Shown piece after piece: positions 20,538 to 28,380 of a stretch of 32,000 bases of DNA. The notes beneath the pieces are model-generated. The model made no database searches. It was not told the origin of the DNA and was given only the letters and a program-made list of their open reading frames with translations. The position numbers and the translations under genes are program-made. The DNA is taken from contig JBMYVL010000010.1 in assembly GCA_049606355.1 (NCBI GenBank), positions 54,397 to 86,396 of the forward strand, given 5' to 3'. Each line of letters opens with the position of its first letter. Positions within the stretch are counted from its first letter, which is position 1. Origin of the DNA: Opitutales bacterium (GTDB lineage: Bacteria > Verrucomicrobiota > Verrucomicrobiia > Opitutales > Coraliomargaritaceae).

Positions 20538-21140
20538 GTGAATCCGCAGCCTATCATGCAAGAGACCGATCTTGAGGATTTAGACCCTCGCTTCAAACAG
20601 CAGGTAGACAATGCGCGCAGAGCGCTGGGCGAAAACCCTGCATATGCAATTGCGGTGTTGATGCCACTGCTTGAGCGTCATCCGGGTTGCCTCGGCATAC
20701 GAAAAATTTTGCGGCAGGCGCAGCAGTCTGCCGCGAAGGGGAGGCTCGGTCCTGTAAGGCAGTTATTGGCTCGGCTTGGCTGGGGTGGGGTGCACGTTGC
20801 AAAAGATCCTATCAAGGCCATGCAGGCAGCTGAAGCACGGCTTAATTTTAACCCCAACACGATCGCGGCATACAAACAACTCGCTATCAACGCAGCGGCG
20901 CTGCAACTCTGGGGGACCGCTGCGCTCGCCTACGAGGAAATCTTTCGGAGGAAGCCGACGGATTGGGCGAACGTAAAAACTTTAATGGCCGCCTACACAC
21001 AAATGGGCAAGCATGCGGAGGCGATTCGTCTGGGGGAATACGCGTCGCGCGCCCAGCCCAATGATGATGAAATTCAGTTACTGCTTAAAACTGCTTCAGT
21101 GGAGCAGGCGATTGAAGCGGGTGATTGGAATGCAGATTAA
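20538..21140 (+). CDS. Hypothetical helical-repeat (TPR-like) protein
   Basis: 200-aa all-helical-looking ORF with TPR-like A/L/Y spacing (AIAVLMPLLERHP, AAYKQLAINAA, AALAYEEIFRRKP, LMAAYTQMGKHAEAIRLGEYA). I did not recognise a family. The GTG at 20538 is preceded by AAGGA 5 nt upstream, one of the very few SD-like contexts in the window. An ATG at 20556 is the alternative start. Confidence 0.5.
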   Translation: MNPQPIMQETDLEDLDPRFKQQVDNARRALGENPAYAIAVLMPLLERHPGCLGIRKILRQAQQSAAKGRLGPVRQLLARLGWGGVHVAKDPIKAMQAAEARLNFNPNTIAAYKQLAINAAALQLWGTAALAYEEIFRRKPTDWANVKTLMAAYTQMGKHAEAIRLGEYASRAQPNDDEIQLLLKTASVEQAIEAGDWNAD

Positions 21141-21318
21141 GGCTGCGAGTGAAAACCCAAACCAAGGATCAGCCTTTAAGCGAAACAGCAGCGTGCGGGC
21201 GTGTTAGTGCTTTGAGTGACTCCCCTAAAATGATTTTGCCACCGACTGATTTGCCTGAATACTCGCCGACATTCTTGAGGGTGAACCCTTAAGCGTAAAA
21301 TCTCTACATCTTTATCTT

Positions 21319-22377
21319 ATGAAACTCAATCGTGTTGCTCTGGCGATGTTCGTCGTCGTGTTGGTGTTTTATCTCCTCAATTTGGGCCAGTCGCTCTTGT
21401 TGCCCCTCGTCATTGCCGGTGCAATTGCGTACCTGATTAATATTTTGGCCCACGCATTCGGGGTCTTTTCATTCAAGGGCTTCACCTTGCCGAAGTCACT
21501 CGCCATGCTGTTGGCGGTCGCGGTGATACTGGTTTCCATCAGTCTCGTGATTCAGTTGATCACCGATAATGTCGCCGGAGTGATTCAAAAAGCTCCGGGC
21601 TATCAGGAAAATTTGGAGCGGCGGATCTTCGCGGCCTACAGTTTGCTCGGCTTTGAAGAATCACCCAGCCTACGTGATATTCTTAGCAAAGTCGACTTCA
21701 GTAGCTATTTGCAGAGTTTCGGTGGCACGGTACGGGCGCTCGTCAGTAGTACCGGTATCATTATCGTTTATTTGATTTTTATTTTCCTCGAGCAACGAAC
21801 TTTTGATGCGAAAATACGGGCGCTGGTACTGCAGCGGTCGGAGCAAAAGGATGTCTTTAGTCTGATCGAGCAGATCAATCATGACATCCGTTCCTATATC
21901 GGAATCAAGGTCGTAACCTCCGCGACGACAGGCATCATCAGCTACTTCGTGTTGCATACGGTCGGTGTCGATTTTGCCAGTTTCTGGGCGGTTCTTATTT
22001 TTCTGCTCAACTTCATCCCGACCATTGGGTCCATCATTGCGACGGCTTTCCCGTCCTTATTAGCCTTGGTTCAGTTTGAAACCGCCGGCCCTTTTTTCAT
22101 CACCATCTCCATCCTGACTGCGATACAATTTTCGATTGGTAGCCTGATTGAGCCAAAACTGATGGGTAATCGTCTGAACCTGAGTCCACTGGTGATCTTG
22201 TTGTCCTTGGGCCTGTGGGGGTCGATTTGGGGTATTCCGGGGATGTTCCTGTGTGTGCCGATTACGGTGATCATCATGATCATTTGCGCGTATTTCCCGG
22301 AGACGCGTCCGATCGCAGTGGCGCTCTCCGGCAATGGAGAACTGCCGGTCGGGCCACGACGCTCCAACTCGATTTGA
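21319..22377 (+). CDS. AI-2E family transporter (PerM/UPF0118)
   Basis: 352 aa with about 8 TM segments. The C-terminal half, ...LNFIPTIGSIIA...GNRLNLSPLVILLSLGLWGSIWGIPGMFLCVPITV, matches the conserved AI-2E core. Confidence 0.75.
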   Translation: MKLNRVALAMFVVVLVFYLLNLGQSLLLPLVIAGAIAYLINILAHAFGVFSFKGFTLPKSLAMLLAVAVILVSISLVIQLITDNVAGVIQKAPGYQENLERRIFAAYSLLGFEESPSLRDILSKVDFSSYLQSFGGTVRALVSSTGIIIVYLIFIFLEQRTFDAKIRALVLQRSEQKDVFSLIEQINHDIRSYIGIKVVTSATTGIISYFVLHTVGVDFASFWAVLIFLLNFIPTIGSIIATAFPSLLALVQFETAGPFFITISILTAIQFSIGSLIEPKLMGNRLNLSPLVILLSLGLWGSIWGIPGMFLCVPITVIIMIICAYFPETRPIAVALSGNGELPVGPRRSNSI

Positions 22378-22798
22378 GCTTCGCACTGCAAACAAAGATA
22401 CAATTGTGGAAATCAGCCTGACAACACCTGCGATCCTGTTTCCGGCGGTGAGTTTATTGATGCTCGCCTATACCAATCGTTTTCTCGCGATAGCGAATAT
22501 CATTCGCACCTTACATGCGCGCTATAATCAAGAGGGCACGGTCGCGGTGCGCCGCCAGATCGAAAATTTACGCTGTCGTTTAGGCTTAATTCGGCACATG
22601 CAGGCTTTCGGTATCCTGAGCTTGATTGCTTGTATGTGCTCGGTTGTCGCCTTGTTTGTTAGCCTGCAAGTATTTGGGCAGGTCTTCTTTGGGGCCAGTT
22701 TGGTGTTGATGCTTTTATCGCTGTTATTCTGCCTCCGGGAGATTTACCTCTCCGGTCGTGCCTTGGAGATCGAGCTCGAGGACATGCAGTCCAATTAA
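22334..22798 (+). CDS. DUF2721-like small membrane protein
   Basis: Contains TPAILFPAVSLLMLAYTNRFLAIANIIRTLH... followed by RRQIENLRCRLGLIRHMQ and two more TM helices, as I recall for DUF2721. The ATG at 22334 overlaps the AI-2E gene by 44 nt. An in-frame GTG at 22406 would give a more typical ~130-aa protein. Confidence 0.55.
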   Translation: MENCRSGHDAPTRFELRTANKDTIVEISLTTPAILFPAVSLLMLAYTNRFLAIANIIRTLHARYNQEGTVAVRRQIENLRCRLGLIRHMQAFGILSLIACMCSVVALFVSLQVFGQVFFGASLVLMLLSLLFCLREIYLSGRALEIELEDMQSN

Positions 22799-22849
22799 TC
22801 AAGCGATTGCGTACACATCGTCGCTGGCGCAGGCTCGCTTGATTTAATC

Positions 22850-23836
22850 ATGTGTCGAATCCAACAGTATGGCGCTTCCTGTCGCCGAACCAGTGGCCTG
22901 CTGCTGGCTGTGGGGCTCGCCTTTGTTGTCCCGCGCAGTTGGGTCTTGAACAGTGGGTGGTACTGCGATGCCAGTACTTTTGTGGGGGTTGGCCTTATTT
23001 TCTTTCTGCAGGGCTTATCTCTGCCGACGGATGAATTACGCAGGGGGTATCGACCGAAGCGCTTACACGGCTTCATCCTTTCCTGGAACTTCCTGTTCTT
23101 CCCCTTACTGACAGGCTTGGTCCTCAGTCAGTGTGGATCATACTTCGGCACCGAGTTGCAATTGGGGTTTGGGCTGTTAGCAATTCTCCCCACGACCGTC
23201 GCCTCGGCGACTGCTTTCAGCGCGCTTGCCGGGGGACACACGGGTAATGCCCTATTTGCGTCGCTTTATTCGAATGCACTCGCGGTCTGGTTGGTTCCGG
23301 CACTCGCTGTCAGCTATCTTTCGCTGGAAGCAGGCACATCCATAGCAGTAGGGCCGATTTTCGGACAGTTGGGCCTGTTGATTTTATTGCCATTGGTCTC
23401 AGGCCAATCCGTGCGCCGAGTGGCGCCGCTCGAGGCTGCCTGGCTTGCCAGTCGCACCCAGTGGCTTAGCCCTGCAATCATTGCACTGATGGTGCACCTT
23501 GCGTTTGCCCGCAGCATCGCAAGCGGCTTGCTGGACACCCTTGCGTTTCCGGTATTGTTGGCGGTGCTGGCGGTCTGCTCCGCTTTGTTGTGGATCGTCA
23601 GTGGATTGGTCTGGTGGTCCTCGGTCTCCTTGCGTTGCACTCAGGCGCAGCGTATTACCTGCTTTTTCTGCGCAAGTCAGAAATCCTTGGCGACCGGCTT
23701 GCCGCTGGCGCTCTCGATTCTGGCCGCTGTGGGTACGAGTTTGGATCCTGCCGTGATTTTAATCCCGCTCCTGTGCTACCATCCACTTCAGTTGCTGTGG
23801 GCAGCCTGGATCAGCCAGCGCTGGCAGAATGGCTAA
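22850..23836 (+). CDS. Bile acid:sodium symporter (BASS/YfeH-like) family transporter
   Basis: 328 aa and polytopic. FFLQGLSLPTDELRRG near the N-terminus and the overall TM layout resemble YfeH-type BASS proteins. Confidence 0.6.
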   Translation: MCRIQQYGASCRRTSGLLLAVGLAFVVPRSWVLNSGWYCDASTFVGVGLIFFLQGLSLPTDELRRGYRPKRLHGFILSWNFLFFPLLTGLVLSQCGSYFGTELQLGFGLLAILPTTVASATAFSALAGGHTGNALFASLYSNALAVWLVPALAVSYLSLEAGTSIAVGPIFGQLGLLILLPLVSGQSVRRVAPLEAAWLASRTQWLSPAIIALMVHLAFARSIASGLLDTLAFPVLLAVLAVCSALLWIVSGLVWWSSVSLRCTQAQRITCFFCASQKSLATGLPLALSILAAVGTSLDPAVILIPLLCYHPLQLLWAAWISQRWQNG

Positions 23837-24831
23837 CGGGTACGCAAGCTTGCTTCCAGCTCTGCGAGGTCGCGGGGGAATTTGCTATTAAAGCGGCGCA
23901 ACTCGCCTGTTTCAGGATGAATGAAGCCGATGCTTGAGGCATGCAATGCCTGGCGTTTGCACCCATAGGGCATGCCGCTGCCGGATTGCGCGGCTTTGGT
24001 GTAGTCGGCGTGGTAGTGGCGATCGCCGAGGAGCGGGACCCCTGCTCGTGCGGCATGAATCCGTAGTTGATGTTTCAGTCCGGTTTTTAACCGTAAGCGT
24101 AGGCGACTGACCGTATGTGTGCCGCCGTCACGCGTCGGCCATTCAATCGTATCGACGACTTGATACGTGCTCACCGCCTCGGTCGCGCCCTCGCAGGGCG
24201 TGTCATAGACGGTTTGTTGCATGCCCTCGGCATCCAGTTTGAACCAACTGCGCCAAGTCCCTTTTTTAGGGCTAAGGCTGCCATCTCCTAAGGCGAGGTA
24301 TTCGCGCAAAAAGCTGTGCTCGCGGACCTGCTCTACCAGTTTCTCACGGGCATTGGGGTTCATCGCAAAACAGAGTAGTCCACTGGTGTATTGGTCCAGG
24401 CGGTGTACGGGGAGCGGCGTCAGCTGCTTGCGTTGCACGCGATTGCGGTCGAGTTCGCTGGCGCCTTTTCCTTGCAAGTAGTTTTCCAGTAGGGTGAGGG
24501 CTGATACCTGCGATCGGTCGGGTAGCGGCACCGAAAGTAGCCCCGGCCCCTTGTTGACGATCGCCAGCGCGCTGTCGATGTAGAGCAAGTTAAGCTGCGC
24601 GTGAATGCGCGTCGGCATGCGTTTGAAGAATACCTTGGGCGCACCTGCAGTGCTTCCCAAGCACAAGCGGGAGCCCGGATCGGCCAAGCGCAGGTGCGGT
24701 TTGGTGATCACTGTGCCGTCGAGTTGAATACGCCCATGTGCAAACCACTCCTTGAGCCGCTTCTTCGGGCTTTCAGGGTAGTGTGTCGCTAACCACTCCA
24801 GCGCGGTTTTCTCTTCTACAGGTTCGCTCAT
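23833..24831 (-). CDS. RluA-family 23S rRNA pseudouridine synthase with N-terminal S4-like domain
   Basis: The catalytic motif is HRLDQYTSGLLCFA (HRLDxxTSG). An S4-like segment reads RLKEWFAHGRIQLDGTVITKP. The track ORF starts at a GTG (24858); I prefer the ATG at 24831. Its stop overlaps the BASS stop by 4 nt. Confidence 0.85.
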   Translation of the reverse strand: MSEPVEEKTALEWLATHYPESPKKRLKEWFAHGRIQLDGTVITKPHLRLADPGSRLCLGSTAGAPKVFFKRMPTRIHAQLNLLYIDSALAIVNKGPGLLSVPLPDRSQVSALTLLENYLQGKGASELDRNRVQRKQLTPLPVHRLDQYTSGLLCFAMNPNAREKLVEQVREHSFLREYLALGDGSLSPKKGTWRSWFKLDAEGMQQTVYDTPCEGATEAVSTYQVVDTIEWPTRDGGTHTVSRLRLRLKTGLKHQLRIHAARAGVPLLGDRHYHADYTKAAQSGSGMPYGCKRQALHASSIGFIHPETGELRRFNSKFPRDLAELEASLRTR

Positions 24832-24899
24832 TGACTCAAGTGTCGGGCGCAGTGCCACTCAGTGCAACTGCTTAAGGCTGTTGACGCGCAGGTGCAGAT

Positions 24900-26141
24900 C
24901 TAGTGGCCGGCTTGCGCAATCGTCGCACCCTTGGGTTGCTCAATTGCTTCGAGTAATTCCTCAAACCAGGGGCTATCGATCGCGAAGGGCTTGCCACCTG
25001 CAATGCGTGGAAATTCAATGGCACGCAGAATGCCACGGTTGTCCTCATCGTGCCCGATTACACCGCTGTCACGCGCGAGGGCACAGTCCACTGCCAAATC
25101 CGTGCAACTCTTGATTAAGCGCAGGTCGTCTGCATTAGCCGCAGCAGCACGGGCGAAGTAGCCGCTTTTCTGCACCAACACTTTTTCGGCGCCGAGCATT
25201 TCTGCAAATTGCTCGCCAAACCACTTGCCGGGATTGACCGCATCCAGTTTGACGTGGCCGAAGGCATCCCGCGGCACGGCTTGACCGGCCGCTTCCATTT
25301 CTTGGATAATGGTTTCCACCCCAGCTCCTTCAGAGATAAAAATATTTACATTGTCCAGCTCGTCCATGATCGCCTTGAGTCGAGTCGCTTCCGCTTTGAG
25401 GTCGAGGGCCATCTCCGGAATAAATACCGCATGCACATCTTTACGTGCCGCGCTGAGCCCGATGCCATCGGCCCAATTGAGCGCATCCAAGCGCTCCCGG
25501 TAGACCTTTGCAGTCGCCGCAGTGAGCCAACCACAATTACGTCCCATGACTTCATGGATAATAAGCATGCGCGGGTTGGCGTTGTGCTCGGCCACGACGT
25601 TTTCAAAATACTTCGCACCTTCTTCGGCGGCTGTCCATGCGCCGAGGCTTTGTGCGATGGGGAACACATCGTTATCAATTGTTTTGGGAAGACCGACGAC
25701 CGTCAGCGCGTAATCATTGCTAGCGAGATAGGCGGCCAAATCCGCGGCGGTGGTATTGGTGTCGTCGCCGCCAATGGTATGCAGCACGTCGACCCCATCT
25801 TTGGTCAGTTGCTCTGCAGCAACTTGTAGCGGGTTCTCTCCTTCCGTGACGAGTCCGCGCTGTACGCAGTCCTGAACGTTCGTCAGCTTGACTCGACTGT
25901 TGCCGATTGGGCTCCCGCCATGTTGGTGCAGGGTGGCCGCATTGGCGCGAATTTCTGCATCGACTCGAATGCTGTCGCCGAGCAGCAGCCCCTTGTAGCC
26001 GCCTCGGTAGCAAATGATTTCGATGTCGGGATACAGTTCGGTATAGCGTTCGATTAGCCCGCCGATTGCGGAGGATAGGCAAGGCGCCAAGCCTCCAGCA
26101 GTAAGGATCGCTACTTTTTGAACAGGTTTTACTTCAGACAT
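24900..26141 (-). CDS. pfp: Pyrophosphate-dependent 6-phosphofructokinase (PPi-PFK)
   Basis: PFK fold motifs: ILTAGGLAPCLSS, TIGGDDTNTTA, GLPKTIDNDV and VMGRNCGW. GGDD (not GGDG) and PKTIDND (not PGTIDND) are the established Asp/Lys signature of PPi-dependent enzymes. I place the start at the ATG at 26141 (MSEVKPVQKVAILTAGG). The track ORF is 28 codons longer. Confidence 0.85.
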   Translation of the reverse strand: MSEVKPVQKVAILTAGGLAPCLSSAIGGLIERYTELYPDIEIICYRGGYKGLLLGDSIRVDAEIRANAATLHQHGGSPIGNSRVKLTNVQDCVQRGLVTEGENPLQVAAEQLTKDGVDVLHTIGGDDTNTTAADLAAYLASNDYALTVVGLPKTIDNDVFPIAQSLGAWTAAEEGAKYFENVVAEHNANPRMLIIHEVMGRNCGWLTAATAKVYRERLDALNWADGIGLSAARKDVHAVFIPEMALDLKAEATRLKAIMDELDNVNIFISEGAGVETIIQEMEAAGQAVPRDAFGHVKLDAVNPGKWFGEQFAEMLGAEKVLVQKSGYFARAAAANADDLRLIKSCTDLAVDCALARDSGVIGHDEDNRGILRAIEFPRIAGGKPFAIDSPWFEELLEAIEQPKGATIAQAGH

Positions 26142-26190
26142 GATGGATGTGGTTCTTGGATTTAGATTCTGGAGCTGGTGTTTGTGGCGT

Positions 26191-26209
26191 TTTGCCAGCA
26201 TCTGGCAAA
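26191..26209. promoter_or_regulatory. Perfect inverted repeat TTTGCCAG-CAT-CTGGCAAA in the pfp/EF-hand divergent intergenic region (candidate operator)
   Basis: Read directly: 8-bp arms with a 3-bp spacer, about 50-70 bp upstream of the pfp ATG. A second palindrome, CCAGCC-AA-GGCTGG, lies at 26218..26231. No binding protein can be assigned. Confidence 0.2.
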
Positions 26210-26382
26210 CCTCAATACCAGCCAAGGCTGGGACTTGGAATCAGCCTTTGCGAAGCCGAGGGGAAGGGGTGGGTGGCGAAAGCGAGCCAGTTGCTTAAAT
26301 CTGCTTGTCGTTTGGTTGAATCGTGGTTGAGTGAAATTCGTTACGTTTTAAGTAACTTATATAAACTCCCAATAAATAGATT

Positions 26383-26688
26383 ATGAAACAATTAGTTTTA
26401 TTCACCATGAGTCTGGTCGTCCTCGCGAGTAGCGTCTACGCGGTAAAAGTCCCCGGGGCTTTCAAGCGCAATGATGCGAATAAAGATGGCCTGCTCACTA
26501 AAGATGAGTACGTAGCTGCAAGAATCGACGGCGTTAAGCATTGGTTCGTAAAACACGGTCCTGGTTTGGAGGCTTACAATGCCAAATTCCCGAATCCTGA
26601 GAAACAATTTGCTGCGCAATTTAAAAAGTGGGACAGCAACGGTGACGGCTTGGTTGACGTTGCGGAATGGATCAACAAGGGTAAATAG
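26383..26688 (+). CDS. Secreted small EF-hand calcium-binding protein (two canonical loops)
   Basis: The signal peptide is MKQLVLFTMSLVVLASSVYA/VK. Two 12-residue loops, DANKDGLLTKDE (aa 31-42) and DSNGDGLVDVAE (aa 84-95), fit D-x-[DN]-x-[DG]-G-x-[ILV]-x-x-x-E. Confidence 0.75.
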   Translation: MKQLVLFTMSLVVLASSVYAVKVPGAFKRNDANKDGLLTKDEYVAARIDGVKHWFVKHGPGLEAYNAKFPNPEKQFAAQFKKWDSNGDGLVDVAEWINKGK

Positions 26689-26734
26689 CCGTTGGTCGAG
26701 TGCGGCGCTTGCCGTATCAATACATTTAAAAACG

Positions 26735-26772
26735 AGGGGCGTGATCGAATTCAAGATTACGCCCCTTTTTTC
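26735..26772 (+). terminator. Rho-independent terminator after the EF-hand gene
   Basis: A 12-bp stem pairs AGGGGCGTGATC (26735..26746) with GATTACGCCCCT (26755..26766), with one G-U pair. The loop is GAATTCAA, and a run of six T follows (the first T closes the stem). Confidence 0.8.
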
Positions 26773-27027
26773 GTTTCGGATAAGGGTATGGGGGACTTAG
26801 AGAAAACCGTCAGCTCATACAAATAGACTGAGTGTCTAGCATTCAGCGATCCGGGGTAGACGGAGAGCGATCCTGTGGCTTGTGTGGTCTGCCGATTTAA
26901 ACCGTAGGGGAGCCGCTTCCCGTCACGTTCATCTATGTAGAGAGGGTGGTTGGTCCAGACTTGGCTGTAGCTCGTATCTTATTGCCATGTGGTCTGCGAA
27001 CTACTTGCTCTGAGCTTGTTTTCTGGA

Positions 27028-28380
27028 ATGAGGATGAAGCACAACGGTCCCAAGCACCCAAGTACTGCGTACACGGTGCGTCATTTTACGCTGTTCCGGA
27101 TGTTTTTTTCGGCGCGGTTTTACTACCCGGTCTACGCGCTGCTGTTTCTGGATTTTGGCTTAAGCTTGCAGCAATTCGCTGTGTTGAACGGTCTGTGGGC
27201 ATTAACCATTGTACTGTGTGAAGTGCCCTCCGGAGCGCTTGCCGACACCTTGGGTCGGCGAAGTTTGCTCATCGCCGCGGGTGTGTTGATGCTCCTGGAG
27301 ATGGCGGTGCTTCTTCTGGCGCCGATTGGAGGCGGTGCGGCGCTCTTTGGTTTTTTTGTGGTCAACCGTATCCTAAGTGGTTTGGCAGAGGCGGCAGCCA
27401 GTGGGGCCGATGAAGCGCTTGTTTATGATGCCCTGAAAGCTGCCGGTCGGGAGGATTCGTGGGGTCAAGTGCTCGCCCGCGTACAACGGGATACCTCACT
27501 CGCATTCTTTTTTGCCCTGACGATAGGCGCTGCAGTGTATGACCCGCGCATGGTGAATGCGGTCTTGAATTTCTGCGGCTACCAAGGCGTTGTGGTGCAA
27601 GCGCAGCTGGTCAAATTGCCGATCGCACTCAGTTTGCTCGCTGCACTGGTGGTTTTGTGGTCGGCACTGCGGCTGCGCGAAACGAGCCGCGTACCATCGC
27701 AGCGTATCGCTGCGACCGTAGCCGACAGTTGGCGGCAGATCGGTATCGCGGCACGTTGGATTTGGGCGACGCCGTTTGCTTTCGCTATCATTCTAGCCGT
27801 AATGGTGACTGACAGCAGCGTTCGCCAGTTTCTCACTCTGGCGAGTGAGTATTGGCATGTGATCGAGTTGCCGATTGCCTCCTATGGTTTAATTGGTTCG
27901 GGCATGTCACTTTTGGGGATCGTAATCCCGCGGATCGCGTTGCGATTGACCGAGACTCAGACCCCACTGCGTAATTTCTTTCTCAGCTGTGCCTTGATTG
28001 GGGGCGGTCTTTTCGGTCTGGCTCAAATCTACCCGTATTGGGGTATCTTGCCCGCCGCGTGCCTGTTTGCCGCCATGTACCTGATGAACTTCTTTGCCAG
28101 CCATTATTTAAATGCGATCGCTCCGTCGGAGCACCGCGCCACGATCCTTAGTTTTAAGGGCTTGTCGACCAACGTCGCCTACGGATTGGTTGCGCTGCTT
28201 TATTCGGGGCTGATTGTCACTTTGCAGGCTTCGGGGGAGGCGAGCCTTGCGAGTGCCGATTCGAAACCCGTCTTCGTCGAATCGCTGCAGTGGTTACCCG
28301 GTTATTTTATCCTCACACTCGTGATGATGCTTGTCTGGCACCGCCTGCGCTTCGGCGCGCGCTCACTGACGCTCGAGTAA
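27028..28380 (+). CDS. MFS transporter (substrate unknown)
   Basis: About 12 TM segments and the MFS loop motif GALADTLGRRSLL. Possible starts are the GTG at 26989, the ATG at 27028 and the ATG at 27034. The 3' end overlaps convergent rsmB by 18 nt. Confidence 0.7.
   Translation: MRMKHNGPKHPSTAYTVRHFTLFRMFFSARFYYPVYALLFLDFGLSLQQFAVLNGLWALTIVLCEVPSGALADTLGRRSLLIAAGVLMLLEMAVLLLAPIGGGAALFGFFVVNRILSGLAEAAASGADEALVYDALKAAGREDSWGQVLARVQRDTSLAFFFALTIGAAVYDPRMVNAVLNFCGYQGVVVQAQLVKLPIALSLLAALVVLWSALRLRETSRVPSQRIAATVADSWRQIGIAARWIWATPFAFAIILAVMVTDSSVRQFLTLASEYWHVIELPIASYGLIGSGMSLLGIVIPRIALRLTETQTPLRNFFLSCALIGGGLFGLAQIYPYWGILPAACLFAAMYLMNFFASHYLNAIAPSEHRATILSFKGLSTNVAYGLVALLYSGLIVTLQASGEASLASADSKPVFVESLQWLPGYFILTLVMMLVWHRLRFGARSLTLE

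Noticed and set aside
21139-21176. 7-bp stem (AAGGCTG / CAGCCTT) overlapping the stop of the TPR-like gene, considered as a terminator
   Set aside because: It has a 24-nt loop and no T-run, so it is not a credible intrinsic terminator.
25209-25829. 206-aa plus-strand ORF
   Set aside because: It is entirely antisense to the well-supported PPi-PFK gene. Long antisense ORFs are common in GC-rich coding DNA, and I recognised no motifs in it.
26946-27221. 91-aa plus-strand ORF spanning the spacer and the MFS 5' end, considered as a frameshifted N-terminus or pseudogene remnant
   Set aside because: It is in a different frame from the MFS gene. Its sequence is not membrane-protein-like or otherwise recognisable, so there is no evidence of a frameshift.
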